In this document: positions 17,822 to 26,496 of the stretch, in pieces
Numbering within the stretch: position 1 is the first letter of the stretch
Layout of the letters: each line of letters starts with the position of its first letter
DNA from: Bdellovibrionota bacterium
GTDB taxonomy: Bacteria > Bdellovibrionota_C > UBA2361 > OMII01
Assembly: GCA_044345405.1 (NCBI GenBank)
Contig: JBIJBE010000015.1
Location: 13,855 to 77,854 of the forward strand
Length of the DNA: 64,000 nucleotides
Direction: 5' to 3'
Position numbers and translations under genes: made by a program
Notes under the pieces: model-generated
The model's database searches: none
What the model was told of the DNA's origin: nothing
Seen by the model: only the letters and a program-made list of their open reading frames with translations

Positions 17822-18405
17822 ACCTTCCACTCCACAAAATTACGTAACAATTGCTCTCCGACTTCGGCGCTCTTCTCCGGGTGGAATTGTACGCCAACGA
17901 AGTTTCGTATCGCGGCGGCTGCCGAGAAGGCTTCGCCGTAGACACATCTCGCCACCGTCTCAGCACACTCCTCAAGGCGATAACTGTGTACGAAATAGAA
18001 GTAACTCCCATCTGGAATTCCCTCAAAGATCGGGTGACTGAGGTTCCTCACCTGACTCCATCCCATGTGGGGAACCTTTCTCCGAGTGACGAACTTCCCC
18101 ACCTTGCCCGTGAGAGTACCTAAGCATGAGGTACTCCCCTCCTCCGACTCTGAACACAAGAGCTGTAACCCGAGGCAAATGCCAAGCAACGGTACTTTCG
18201 TCTCGCGCAGGACCCGATCGATCCCGGTAGTCCGAAGGTACTCCATAGCGGTGCTCGCCTCGCCTACGCCAGGAAAGATGATGCGCTCCGCGGCGCGAAG
18301 CTCCTCACAATCCCCTGAGACCACGTACGATGCGCCGATGCGCTCAAGCGCGTTCGTCACGGACCGAACGTTCCCAGCGTTGTAGCGAACGACTGTTACC
18401 GTCAT
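17818..18405 (-). CDS. hisH: Imidazole glycerol phosphate synthase glutaminase subunit
   Basis: FPGVG, LGICLGLQLL, VPHMGW, YFVHSY, GVQFHPEKS. Confidence 0.97.
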   Translation of the reverse strand: MTVTVVRYNAGNVRSVTNALERIGASYVVSGDCEELRAAERIIFPGVGEASTAMEYLRTTGIDRVLRETKVPLLGICLGLQLLCSESEEGSTSCLGTLTGKVGKFVTRRKVPHMGWSQVRNLSHPIFEGIPDGSYFYFVHSYRLEECAETVARCVYGEAFSAAAAIRNFVGVQFHPEKSAEVGEQLLRNFVEWKV

Positions 18406-19499
18406 AGAACCCCCTTCGTGCTCGGAACACCCTTCTCTTCCCGCTGTCGCGCTACCGCGCTGCGAAGCGCCCGTCCGACACCTTTGAAGATGGCTTCAGC
18501 TTTGTGGTGCTCGTTCTCACCCCGCACCGAGATGTGCAACGCGCACCGCAAACTATCGGAGAACGAGCGAAAGAAGTGTTTGAACATCTCCGTCGGCATC
18601 GCTCCGATCATCTCTCGCGTAAAGGTGGCGTCCCATTCAAGATGCGGTCGCGCCGCGAGATCGAACGCAACCTGAGCGAGCGACTCATCCATCGGGAGAA
18701 CAAACCCGAACCGGGCGATTCCTGAACGGTCCCGCAACGCCTGACGGACGACCTCTCCGAGCACGATACCTACATCCTCAATCAGGTGGTGTTCATCAAC
18801 GTGGAGATCTCCGACCGCCTCGATGGTCAGATCGAACCCGGCGTGCGCTCCGAGAAGGGTCAACATGTGGTCAAAAAAACCGATCCCTGTTGAGATAGCG
18901 CATCGTCCACTCCCATAGAGCGCAAGCTTGCACGTTATAGAGGTCTCCGTAGTCGTTCGAGCGTATTCCGCGTACCGGGTTTGCGCGAAGATATAGCTCT
19001 CGATCTCTCGCCACGAGGACGTCGTGAGAACCGCTTCAGGGCACTCACGTTCAGAGAGTAGAATCGCCTTACACCCCAGGTTGGCCGCAAGCTGGACATC
19101 GGTAAGGCGATCTCCGATTACAAACGACCGCTCAAGGTCGTACTCGCCCCTCATGTATCGAGTCAACATCCCCGTTCCAGGCTTGCGAGTCGGAAGGTTC
19201 TCCTCAGGTAGGGAGCGGTCGATGCAGATATCTGAGAAGAATACCCCCTCGTTGCGAAGGGTCGTTGTCACGAGGTTCTGCGCCGGCCAAAAATCTGATT
19301 CGGGAAATAGAGGAGTTCCGAGACCGTCCTGATTCGTCACCATCACCAGCTCAAAGTCTTTGAGGTTTGCGATTGAGGCGAGCGCCGTTATCGCGCCCGG
19401 AATGAACTCAACCTTATCAAGGGAGTCGACCTGCTGTGTGACCGGCGGCTCGACGATGATCGTTCCATCTCTATCGATAAAAAGAGCCCTTTTTTTCAT
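18402..19499 (-). CDS. hisB: Bifunctional histidinol-phosphatase / imidazoleglycerol-phosphate dehydratase
   Basis: FIDRDGT and VTNQDGLGT (HAD domain) fused to GFFDHML, GDLHVDEHH, PMDESL, GENEHHKAEAIFK, PSTKG. Confidence 0.97.
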   Translation of the reverse strand: MKKRALFIDRDGTIIVEPPVTQQVDSLDKVEFIPGAITALASIANLKDFELVMVTNQDGLGTPLFPESDFWPAQNLVTTTLRNEGVFFSDICIDRSLPEENLPTRKPGTGMLTRYMRGEYDLERSFVIGDRLTDVQLAANLGCKAILLSERECPEAVLTTSSWREIESYIFAQTRYAEYARTTTETSITCKLALYGSGRCAISTGIGFFDHMLTLLGAHAGFDLTIEAVGDLHVDEHHLIEDVGIVLGEVVRQALRDRSGIARFGFVLPMDESLAQVAFDLAARPHLEWDATFTREMIGAMPTEMFKHFFRSFSDSLRCALHISVRGENEHHKAEAIFKGVGRALRSAVARQREEKGVPSTKGVL

Positions 19500-20521
19500 A
19501 GTATCTCCCGCAAAGCATCGCGGAGCGCCACGTTTTCATCGCTCGTTCCTACGGTAATTCTCAGACACCCCTCACATCCCCGTTCTTTTGAGCGATCCCG
19601 CACGATAATTCCTCGCGATTGCAAACGCTCAAAGACCGCGCGTGGCTCGAACATTCGGACCAAGAGAAAGTTCCCTCCTGATGGAAATACGCGCGTTATT
19701 CCCGGAAGCGATTGAAGTTCACGCACGAGGCGCTCACGCTCTGTGCGAAGCTCCTGAACATCTCCTTTCATGCGCTCCGGCTCTCTCAACCTCTCCAACG
19801 CGTACCGTTGGGTTAGCTCACTGACGTTGTATGGGAGCTTGAGTTTATTCATCGCGGCGATGAGCGCGGGAGCCGCGAACGACATGCCTAGCCGTATCCC
19901 CGCCATGCCCCACGCCTTCGAGAAGGTCTGCAACACCACGAGCCGCTCATATCGGCCTAGAAGCTCAAGCGCGCTCGGACCATCCGCGAAGTCGATGTAG
20001 GCCTCATCAACGACAACTATCCCCTCAAAAGCCTCAAGCACCCATTGGATATCCCGAAGCTCATACTCCCTGCCGGTGGGATTGTTGGGTGAGCAGAGGA
20101 AGAGCAAGCGACTCCCCTGCGTACTCGCCCGCCTGATAGCGTCAAGGTCGAGCGAGAAATCCTCTCGCAACGGCGCGTCCACGATCGAGACACCGTTGCT
20201 CGCGGCGGCGACCTTGTACATACCGTAGGTAGGAGGGGTAATCGTGATCCCCCCAGTCTCGCAGTCAATGACACGCACGAGAAGGTCTATCGCTTCATCG
20301 CTTCCGTTGCCCAAAAATATCCGTGCGGTATCAACCCCGTTGAGCTCACCGATAAGAGTCTTCAAGGCTCGTTGGTGAGGATCGGGGTATCGATTAACGG
20401 TTGTCGGGTAAGGATTCTCGTTCGCGTCGAGAAATACCGAAGCGGTCCCGGTGAACTCATCCCGAGCCGTGGAATAGGGGCTCAACGTTTGAATATACGG
20501 TTTAATAAAATCACTAACCAT
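19496..20521 (-). CDS. hisC: Histidinol-phosphate aminotransferase
   Basis: LDANENP, NRYPDP, GNGSDEAID, CSPNNPTG, VVDEAYIDF, QTFSKAWG.AG.RLG; start refined to MVSDFIK at 20521. Confidence 0.96.
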   Translation of the reverse strand: MVSDFIKPYIQTLSPYSTARDEFTGTASVFLDANENPYPTTVNRYPDPHQRALKTLIGELNGVDTARIFLGNGSDEAIDLLVRVIDCETGGITITPPTYGMYKVAAASNGVSIVDAPLREDFSLDLDAIRRASTQGSRLLFLCSPNNPTGREYELRDIQWVLEAFEGIVVVDEAYIDFADGPSALELLGRYERLVVLQTFSKAWGMAGIRLGMSFAAPALIAAMNKLKLPYNVSELTQRYALERLREPERMKGDVQELRTERERLVRELQSLPGITRVFPSGGNFLLVRMFEPRAVFERLQSRGIIVRDRSKERGCEGCLRITVGTSDENVALRDALREIL

Positions 20522-21800
20522 TGAGTACCTCCTGTCGAATGAGCACCGCCCGAGCGTGCGCATCAAGCCCCTCAGCCTGAGCCATACAAGCGACCGTTTG
20601 TGATAATCGGGCGAACCCCTCAGCGTTTACCCTCTGGAAGGTCACTTTCTTCACAAAGGTGTCGAGCGAAACTCCTGAAAGCGCGCGCGCGGCGCCGTTT
20701 GTGGGAAGAACGTGATTCGTGCCGGAGGCGTAATCTCCGAGCGCCTCGGCGGCGAGATAGCCAAGAAAGACGGAACCGGCGTTTCGAATCGCTGGTATAT
20801 ATCGTTCAGGCTCTCCTACCGAAAGGATAAGGTGCTCGGGGGCGTACGCGTTCGAGAACTCAAGCGCCTCATCAATACTACGCACGACGATCCCTAAACT
20901 CTCCTGAAGAGCTTGTTCAGCAACCGCTCCTCGAGGAAGCTCCGCGACCTGCCGCTCGACCTCAGCGAGTATCCGCTCAAGAAGAGGCGCGTCTGGTGTA
21001 ACGACGACGACCTGAGAGTCGGGGCCGTGTTCAGCTTGCGCCAAAAGGTCAGCGGCGACGAACCGGGGATCGGCGTCTCTATCCGCGATGACGAGTACCT
21101 CGGAGGGGCCCGCCGGCATATCAATCGCAAACCCTTGAGCGGCAACCTGTAGTTTAGCCTCAGTCACGAAGGCATTTCCCGGTCCGCAGATCTTTTGAAC
21201 CACGGGGATACTCTCGGTGCCGTACGCCAAAGCGCCGATCGCTTGAGCCCCACCAACAAGGTAGATCTCATCGATATCAAGGAGCTTCGCGGCACACGCG
21301 ATAACTTCGTTGAGCCGTCCCGCATTTCCACCTGGAGTGCACAGCGCGATCTCTCGCACCCCAGCGAGCTTCGCCGGTATCGCCAGCATCAGAAGCGTGG
21401 AAAAAAGTGGCGCGGTTCCAGCGGGGATATAGATACCTACCCGTTCAATCGGTAGGGAACGTCTAAAGCAGACCACTCCGGGAACGGTCTCTACCTCAGG
21501 TTCGATCGTTCGTTGAGACTCGTGAAAGCGCGAGATGGTGGCGATAGCCTGGGTTATGGCTTCAACGAGCTTCGGTTGTACCCGACCGGCGAGAATATCT
21601 CGTGATTCTATGGACACTCGAAAGGAGGACGGAGCGGCTCCGTCAAATCGAAGCGAAAACTCCTTGAGCGCGGCATCTCCCCGCGACCTGACCTCTCCAA
21701 GGATCGTCGCCACGACGTTTGGGACATCACTACTTTGTGGAACGGGCCGTCGAGAGAGCCGAGGCCATTCACTACGAGATGGGTTTATATACGTTTTCAT
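20514..21800 (-). CDS. hisD: Histidinol dehydrogenase
   Basis: VGGAQAIGALAYGTES, GPGNAFVTEAK, IDMPAGPSEVL, LLAQAEH, APEHL, GDYASGTNHVLPT. Confidence 0.97.
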   Translation of the reverse strand: MKTYINPSRSEWPRLSRRPVPQSSDVPNVVATILGEVRSRGDAALKEFSLRFDGAAPSSFRVSIESRDILAGRVQPKLVEAITQAIATISRFHESQRTIEPEVETVPGVVCFRRSLPIERVGIYIPAGTAPLFSTLLMLAIPAKLAGVREIALCTPGGNAGRLNEVIACAAKLLDIDEIYLVGGAQAIGALAYGTESIPVVQKICGPGNAFVTEAKLQVAAQGFAIDMPAGPSEVLVIADRDADPRFVAADLLAQAEHGPDSQVVVVTPDAPLLERILAEVERQVAELPRGAVAEQALQESLGIVVRSIDEALEFSNAYAPEHLILSVGEPERYIPAIRNAGSVFLGYLAAEALGDYASGTNHVLPTNGAARALSGVSLDTFVKKVTFQRVNAEGFARLSQTVACMAQAEGLDAHARAVLIRQEVLNG

Positions 21801-22654
21801 TCGATCACCTTTTCAATCGGGAGGACCAGTATTCCCTCCGCGCCAGTTTGTTTTAATTTCTCTACAAGCCCCCAAAAGTCATCTTCGCTCACGACGGTAT
21901 GCAACGAGCTCCACCCCGGTATCATAAGCGGCAGAACGCTCGGACTCTTCATGCCCGGAAGAAGCTCAACGATTCGGGGAATGGCCTCGGTCGGTGTGTT
22001 GAGTGTGATGTACTTTGTGTTGCGAGCGCGAAGGACGGCGTTTATCCGAAAGAGGAACCTCTTAAGAATATCCTCTTTTTCCGCCGCTAATGAGGGGCTC
22101 GCGATGAGAACAGCCTCGGATTGGAGGACCGTTTCAACCTCGACAAGGCCGTTGCTCAATAGTGTGCTGCCGGAACTCACGAGGTCACACACGGCATCCC
22201 CTAACCCGATGGTGGGCGCTATCTCAACCGAACCACTTATCACCTGTATCTCAGCCGATATGCCTTGAGAGGTAAGATAAGACCCTAAGATGTTCGGATA
22301 GGAGGTGGCGATCTTGGCGCCTTGAAGGGATTGTAGTCCGTTGTAAGGAAACGATTTAGGAACCGCGATTGAGAGGCGGCATCTGCCGAACCCAAGCCCT
22401 CGAATAATTCGGACCTCCCCTTCCTGCTCCCTCACAACGTTGAGACCAACGATCGCCGCGTCAACGACGCCATCCGCGACGTACTCGGGGATATCGTCAT
22501 CACGGAGGTAGAGTAGTTCGAGGGGAAAATTGTAGGCGGCGGAGCGAAGCTGAGCCCCGATCTGCTCAACCTCAATTCCACTCTCGGCGATGAGTTTGCG
22601 TGAGCTGTCTGAGAGACGCCCCGACTTTTGGATGGCTAAACGTAACGTAGTCAT
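21797..22654 (-). CDS. hisG: ATP phosphoribosyltransferase (long form)
   Basis: LRLAIQKSGRL, LRDDDIP, IATSYP, GSVEIAP..GL.DAVCDLVSSGSTL..NGL, C-terminal regulatory domain. Confidence 0.97.
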   Translation of the reverse strand: MTTLRLAIQKSGRLSDSSRKLIAESGIEVEQIGAQLRSAAYNFPLELLYLRDDDIPEYVADGVVDAAIVGLNVVREQEGEVRIIRGLGFGRCRLSIAVPKSFPYNGLQSLQGAKIATSYPNILGSYLTSQGISAEIQVISGSVEIAPTIGLGDAVCDLVSSGSTLLSNGLVEVETVLQSEAVLIASPSLAAEKEDILKRFLFRINAVLRARNTKYITLNTPTEAIPRIVELLPGMKSPSVLPLMIPGWSSLHTVVSEDDFWGLVEKLKQTGAEGILVLPIEKVIE

Positions 22655-22723
22655 GTGTCCCCTTGTGGAGAAACAGGTGTAAAAAAGACCAGAAATGATG
22701 GGGAAAAAGGTATTACAAGCGCA

Positions 22724-22774
22724 CTACGCGCTGTGATGATGGAGATGAGAATGTGAGAAGAAAGAGATCCTCAT
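22724..22774 (-). CDS. hisL: His operon leader peptide MRISFFSHSHLHHHSA
   Basis: Translated by hand: ATG AGG ATC TCT TTC TTC TCA CAT TCT CAT CTC CAT CAT CAC AGC GCG TAG; 5 His in 7 codons, ending 70 nt upstream of hisG. Confidence 0.88.
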   Translation of the reverse strand: MRISFFSHSHLHHHSA

Positions 22775-22861
22775 GCCCCAGTGTTCTCATACGCATGAGA
22801 CTAAAGCAAGTAAAAAGTCGGCGCGCGAGTAACTCTTCTGAATTACGGTGGAGTAGCTCGC

Positions 22862-23479
22862 TTAAAGACTTGAATCTCCAAGCACGCTTCGAAGCTCCGC
22901 GAGGGTAACAAGGGTAGGTTTCTTGGTAGACCGATTTCGACTAATCCCCACAGCCGCCGTGCGTTGAGCCGAATCGAGAGAGGCGCGCACGACTCGGAGC
23001 AGGACGGCGCGAGAGGTTTTGCGCCAATCCTTAAGCGGCTCAAGCCCATCATACCGTTGAAGTAGTCTTTCAGTATCAGCCTTGCTCAGCCTTCCCATAA
23101 GGTAGTCGGAGATATCCTTCACATCCGTGTACCGGCGACTTTCAAGGAGGAGTCGTAGCGAGTCCTCCGTCAATTGCAAATCATCAAGAAGAAGACGGAG
23201 GTCCTCCCATCCCGCGGCTCGGAAGGTGTTGAAGTATTCGGTCATGTAAGAGCCCAAGATGTTGAACTTTTGCTTAACCCCCTCAAGCTCTGTGCGAAAC
23301 TCTGAGAACGTTTGCTCCGCCTCATAGTGCGCCTGGCTCCGACCTCGCCGACGGATGGCTCCGAACAGCGAATACCCGCGGCCCCTCAAAGCGAGACTAA
23401 GAAAAGCCATCAGGAGAAGCACACCCGAAACTCCGAGTGCGACTCCGACAAGAAGGGTAGTCATGGAATAGTTTCCCAT
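22862..23479 (-). CDS. Hypothetical single-pass membrane protein with helical soluble domain
   Basis: N-terminal hydrophobic segment followed by a basic stretch; start at ATG 23479 or GTG 23488. Confidence 0.65.
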   Translation of the reverse strand: MGNYSMTTLLVGVALGVSGVLLLMAFLSLALRGRGYSLFGAIRRRGRSQAHYEAEQTFSEFRTELEGVKQKFNILGSYMTEYFNTFRAAGWEDLRLLLDDLQLTEDSLRLLLESRRYTDVKDISDYLMGRLSKADTERLLQRYDGLEPLKDWRKTSRAVLLRVVRASLDSAQRTAAVGISRNRSTKKPTLVTLAELRSVLGDSSL

Positions 23480-23486
23480 GTTCCTC

Positions 23487-23514
23487 ACGTCGGCCGATTG
23501 CGAGAAAAACTTAA
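23487..23514 (-). promoter_or_regulatory. Putative sigma28-type promoter (would give a near-leaderless transcript)
   Basis: Minus strand TTAAG-N15-GCCGACGT, ending 7 nt before ATG 23479. Confidence 0.45.
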
Positions 23515-23545
23515 GCCCCGGCTAACCCCTCAAAAGAGCTGGGTT

Positions 23546-24355
23546 TTATTGCTCTGGGGCGAACTCAGATCGCTTAATCTCGAACTGCTTGCCGCACCGA
23601 GGACAGGAGATCTGAAGCTCCTGGTCTTCGCCGTACAGATCATCGAGCGAAGCTTGGGAGAGCGAACGGAAGAAAGGCATCAACTTCTCAGGGGAGCAAT
23701 CACACAGGAAAGCGAATTCGCAGGTGCGCATCGGGTTTCGGGTAACTTCAGGACTCTCCGCCGCATGATTCAGTTCAACCGATTGGATCCATTCCTCGTC
23801 GTACTCAGGCAGCGCCACCAGGCCCATGGCGGTGTCACTCGTCGAAGAAAGCTCGATGCGAAGAGGGTGTTGCTCACTCTGAGCGTAGAACTGCTCAACC
23901 ATCTTACGAATGTCATCACTGTCGCACGGCACCATACTGGTAAAGGTCTGCCCACGATTGGTGAATTGGGCGTGGATGGAATGTACATCGGTGCGTCGGA
24001 TGTGGTCGGTGAGAATGTGTCCTACAATGTATCCCTTCGCGATACCCGCATCGTCGATCTCACCGGTATTGCCGGTGACAAAAAGGGAATATGGCTCCGC
24101 GGCCGCGATGTGCACCGTCCACGCGTGCGTCTCTCTTCCCGTTCTAGCGGCGAGATGAATGGCGAAGCACGCGATCAAATCCTTGAGCTTTTCATCGTGT
24201 TCAGCTTTCGTATCGGGAGCCACATCCTTACGGTGGAGATAGTAATCGATGAGGTAGTCCGACATGTCGACTCGAACGAGGAGCCCCTCACGTTTAGGGA
24301 TATATTCCGAGGTAGCAACGAGTCCTGATGGCATAGATAAAATCGATGATTCCAA
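23546..24355 (-). CDS. hslO: Hsp33 (HslO) family redox-regulated chaperone, divergent
   Basis: FYAQSEQ, C-terminal zinc centre F.CDCS...ISCPRCG..F. Confidence 0.75.
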   Translation of the reverse strand: MESSILSMPSGLVATSEYIPKREGLLVRVDMSDYLIDYYLHRKDVAPDTKAEHDEKLKDLIACFAIHLAARTGRETHAWTVHIAAAEPYSLFVTGNTGEIDDAGIAKGYIVGHILTDHIRRTDVHSIHAQFTNRGQTFTSMVPCDSDDIRKMVEQFYAQSEQHPLRIELSSTSDTAMGLVALPEYDEEWIQSVELNHAAESPEVTRNPMRTCEFAFLCDCSPEKLMPFFRSLSQASLDDLYGEDQELQISCPRCGKQFEIKRSEFAPEQ

Positions 24356-24513
24356 AGATTAAGGTGCTTAAGCGCCTCAACCCAGTGTACCCGATAAGCC
24401 CCCTCCCCTACAAATGGAGGGGCTAACCCCCTGTTGGCGGGGCGAAACGGCCAGCGACCGTCCTGTACTACCAACCGCAAGGGATTCGAAAACCAAACTC
24501 AGCCTGCCTTCCC

Positions 24514-25542
24514 TTATTTCCCTCCCCCGTGAGGAATACCCGCAAGCGCGCAGGACTGCTCGTAGAATCCACGGGACACCGTGAGGCGATACGGCGCTAC
24601 CGTAACGAACGGTATCGGACGAAGGGTTGAGATCCCTTGCGTTACCAACCCCTGATAGTCGAGCACAACGATCGGTTTCACCCCAGCGAGCTCCGCTATC
24701 TTGCGTCGAACCTCTCCCTCAGTGTCCGGGGGAAATGGATTAAAGAGGAAGATAATGTCCGCATCGGTGAACCCTCCTTTCGAAACATCTCCGGCCGCGA
24801 ACGTGATATTTCGCAACCCCAACCGGGAGGCCACAGAGCGACACTCCTCGACCCGCGCGCTCATGATCTCGATACCTGTGAAGAAGAGATCGGGACGCAA
24901 CGCCGCCCCATAGAAAAGAGAGTGCCCGTACCCTGAACCAAGATCATAGAACCTAGCCCCTGGAGCAAAGGTGAGATGTTCGAAAATGGGCCAGATATCT
25001 ACGATCTCGGAGGGTTGATACATAAAGCCCCCGTTTGCGTATTCGGTCTTCAACTGCGGTCCAGAAAACCGGTCGACATCCCCTCCAACCCGTTCATCGT
25101 GTATGCCGAGTATCGCTGACACGAATTCAGGAGCCACGCGCGCATCAGGCTCCCCGTGGAGCGCTCGTAAGATATGGATCGGTTCGCGCACCTCAGAGAT
25201 GCGACTTGGGAGGAGGCGAATATCTTCCGTGAGATCTTCATGAAGCGCATGAAGCCCGGCTGATGATTCGGTATGTTCGAGGCGGCCCTCAATAATCACG
25301 AGAGCTTCCCGTAACAACGAGAGCCTGATCGAGAAATGATGAGCTATCTCTAGAGCCCGGGCTGGGGAAACAACGCCAAAGTCTCGTTCGATGGCGATGT
25401 CCTCAAGAGCCTGATGAAGACCGCGATTCCGGGCAGCCTCCCTCAAAATCTCATTTCTCAGACTACCATGAACGCCAGCGGCGTCCCGAGAAGTGGAACC
25501 CGATCGAGATTGCGGTCCATGGGAGGGATCGTGGGACATCAT
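24514..25542 (-). CDS. Class I SAM-dependent methyltransferase with N-terminal helical extension
   Basis: YQPS, FYDLGSGYG, GIEI, F..GD, ADIIFLFNPF. Confidence 0.8.
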   Translation of the reverse strand: MMSHDPSHGPQSRSGSTSRDAAGVHGSLRNEILREAARNRGLHQALEDIAIERDFGVVSPARALEIAHHFSIRLSLLREALVIIEGRLEHTESSAGLHALHEDLTEDIRLLPSRISEVREPIHILRALHGEPDARVAPEFVSAILGIHDERVGGDVDRFSGPQLKTEYANGGFMYQPSEIVDIWPIFEHLTFAPGARFYDLGSGYGHSLFYGAALRPDLFFTGIEIMSARVEECRSVASRLGLRNITFAAGDVSKGGFTDADIIFLFNPFPPDTEGEVRRKIAELAGVKPIVVLDYQGLVTQGISTLRPIPFVTVAPYRLTVSRGFYEQSCALAGIPHGGGK

Positions 25543-25791
25543 AACGTTACGAACATCATTCCAACAAAATGACACGACGCGTGACCGCGCGTTCACAAAA
25601 CAAGCAACTACCGTATCACGACTCCGAATAGCAATTGAACAGCTCCGCAATCAAGATAGAGGCGCCCAATAGTGGGATACTAAGGCTCGCGCTGGCGGGT
25701 GAGATATGCGCCATAAAAGGCCCTATAGTTGAGGAGTTAGGCACAGGCTTACAGAAACACCCGCACTCAAGCGCATGCGCGAAGGAAGAAC

Positions 25792-26424
25792 ATGAAAGTA
25801 TTTCCGCTTTGTATCGTCTGTCTGATGTACCTACCCCGCATAGCATCCGCGGATTACTCCCCGCGCGACTTCCTCTCTCAAGCACCGGCCGAAACCTTCT
25901 CGACGGAGGACGAGCTCTCTGAGGTCGAAAAACAAAGGGTCGCGAATTCAAAATTCATCCCCTCAACTTCCTTCACGTGCGAGGCGTGGGAGATAGCGGA
26001 CGAGTCTCCAACATCACTTACCTTGCGGATATGCCCCGACTCGTTCGTTCGAATTCAACTCTTTCGCCAAAGCTCGGGCGATACCATCGTTGGGGTCGAG
26101 AGCAATCGTTCCGCTGGGCGGGCGTTCGATCTTCGATTCTTTATAGTCGCGGGGCGACGAAGAAAGATATCGGAGCTTAATGATAATCAGCTTAAGGCAC
26201 TCGGTATCGACGAGGTGAGCGAAAACGAACTCCTCTCGCCTTCAGCGAGATTTCCACCGGCAACAGCGCGGAGGGTGTCTTTAAGCCTAGATGAGGAAGG
26301 ACGACCCAAAGCAACTCTCCGATCATGGGAGGATCCACGATGGGAAAAGAGAAGGGTCGCGTTTGAGCCGTTTTTTGAGTGGGATGGGGCTCGATTCCAC
26401 AAGCGAGTTAAGAACGCGCGCTAA
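25792..26424 (+). CDS. Secreted hypothetical protein
   Basis: AAGGAAG RBS, signal peptide ending ASA|D, C-terminal FEWDGARF. Confidence 0.7.
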   Translation: MKVFPLCIVCLMYLPRIASADYSPRDFLSQAPAETFSTEDELSEVEKQRVANSKFIPSTSFTCEAWEIADESPTSLTLRICPDSFVRIQLFRQSSGDTIVGVESNRSAGRAFDLRFFIVAGRRRKISELNDNQLKALGIDEVSENELLSPSARFPPATARRVSLSLDEEGRPKATLRSWEDPRWEKRRVAFEPFFEWDGARFHKRVKNAR

Positions 26425-26496
26425 AAACTCTTGCCAGTCCGGGAAAACCCTTGGCTCTTCGAGACCCACGACCATCTACCGCTCTGCGACCATCTC

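Noticed and set aside
23312-24328. 338 aa plus-strand ORF
   Set aside because: Antisense to the Hsp33-like gene, with no motif of its own.
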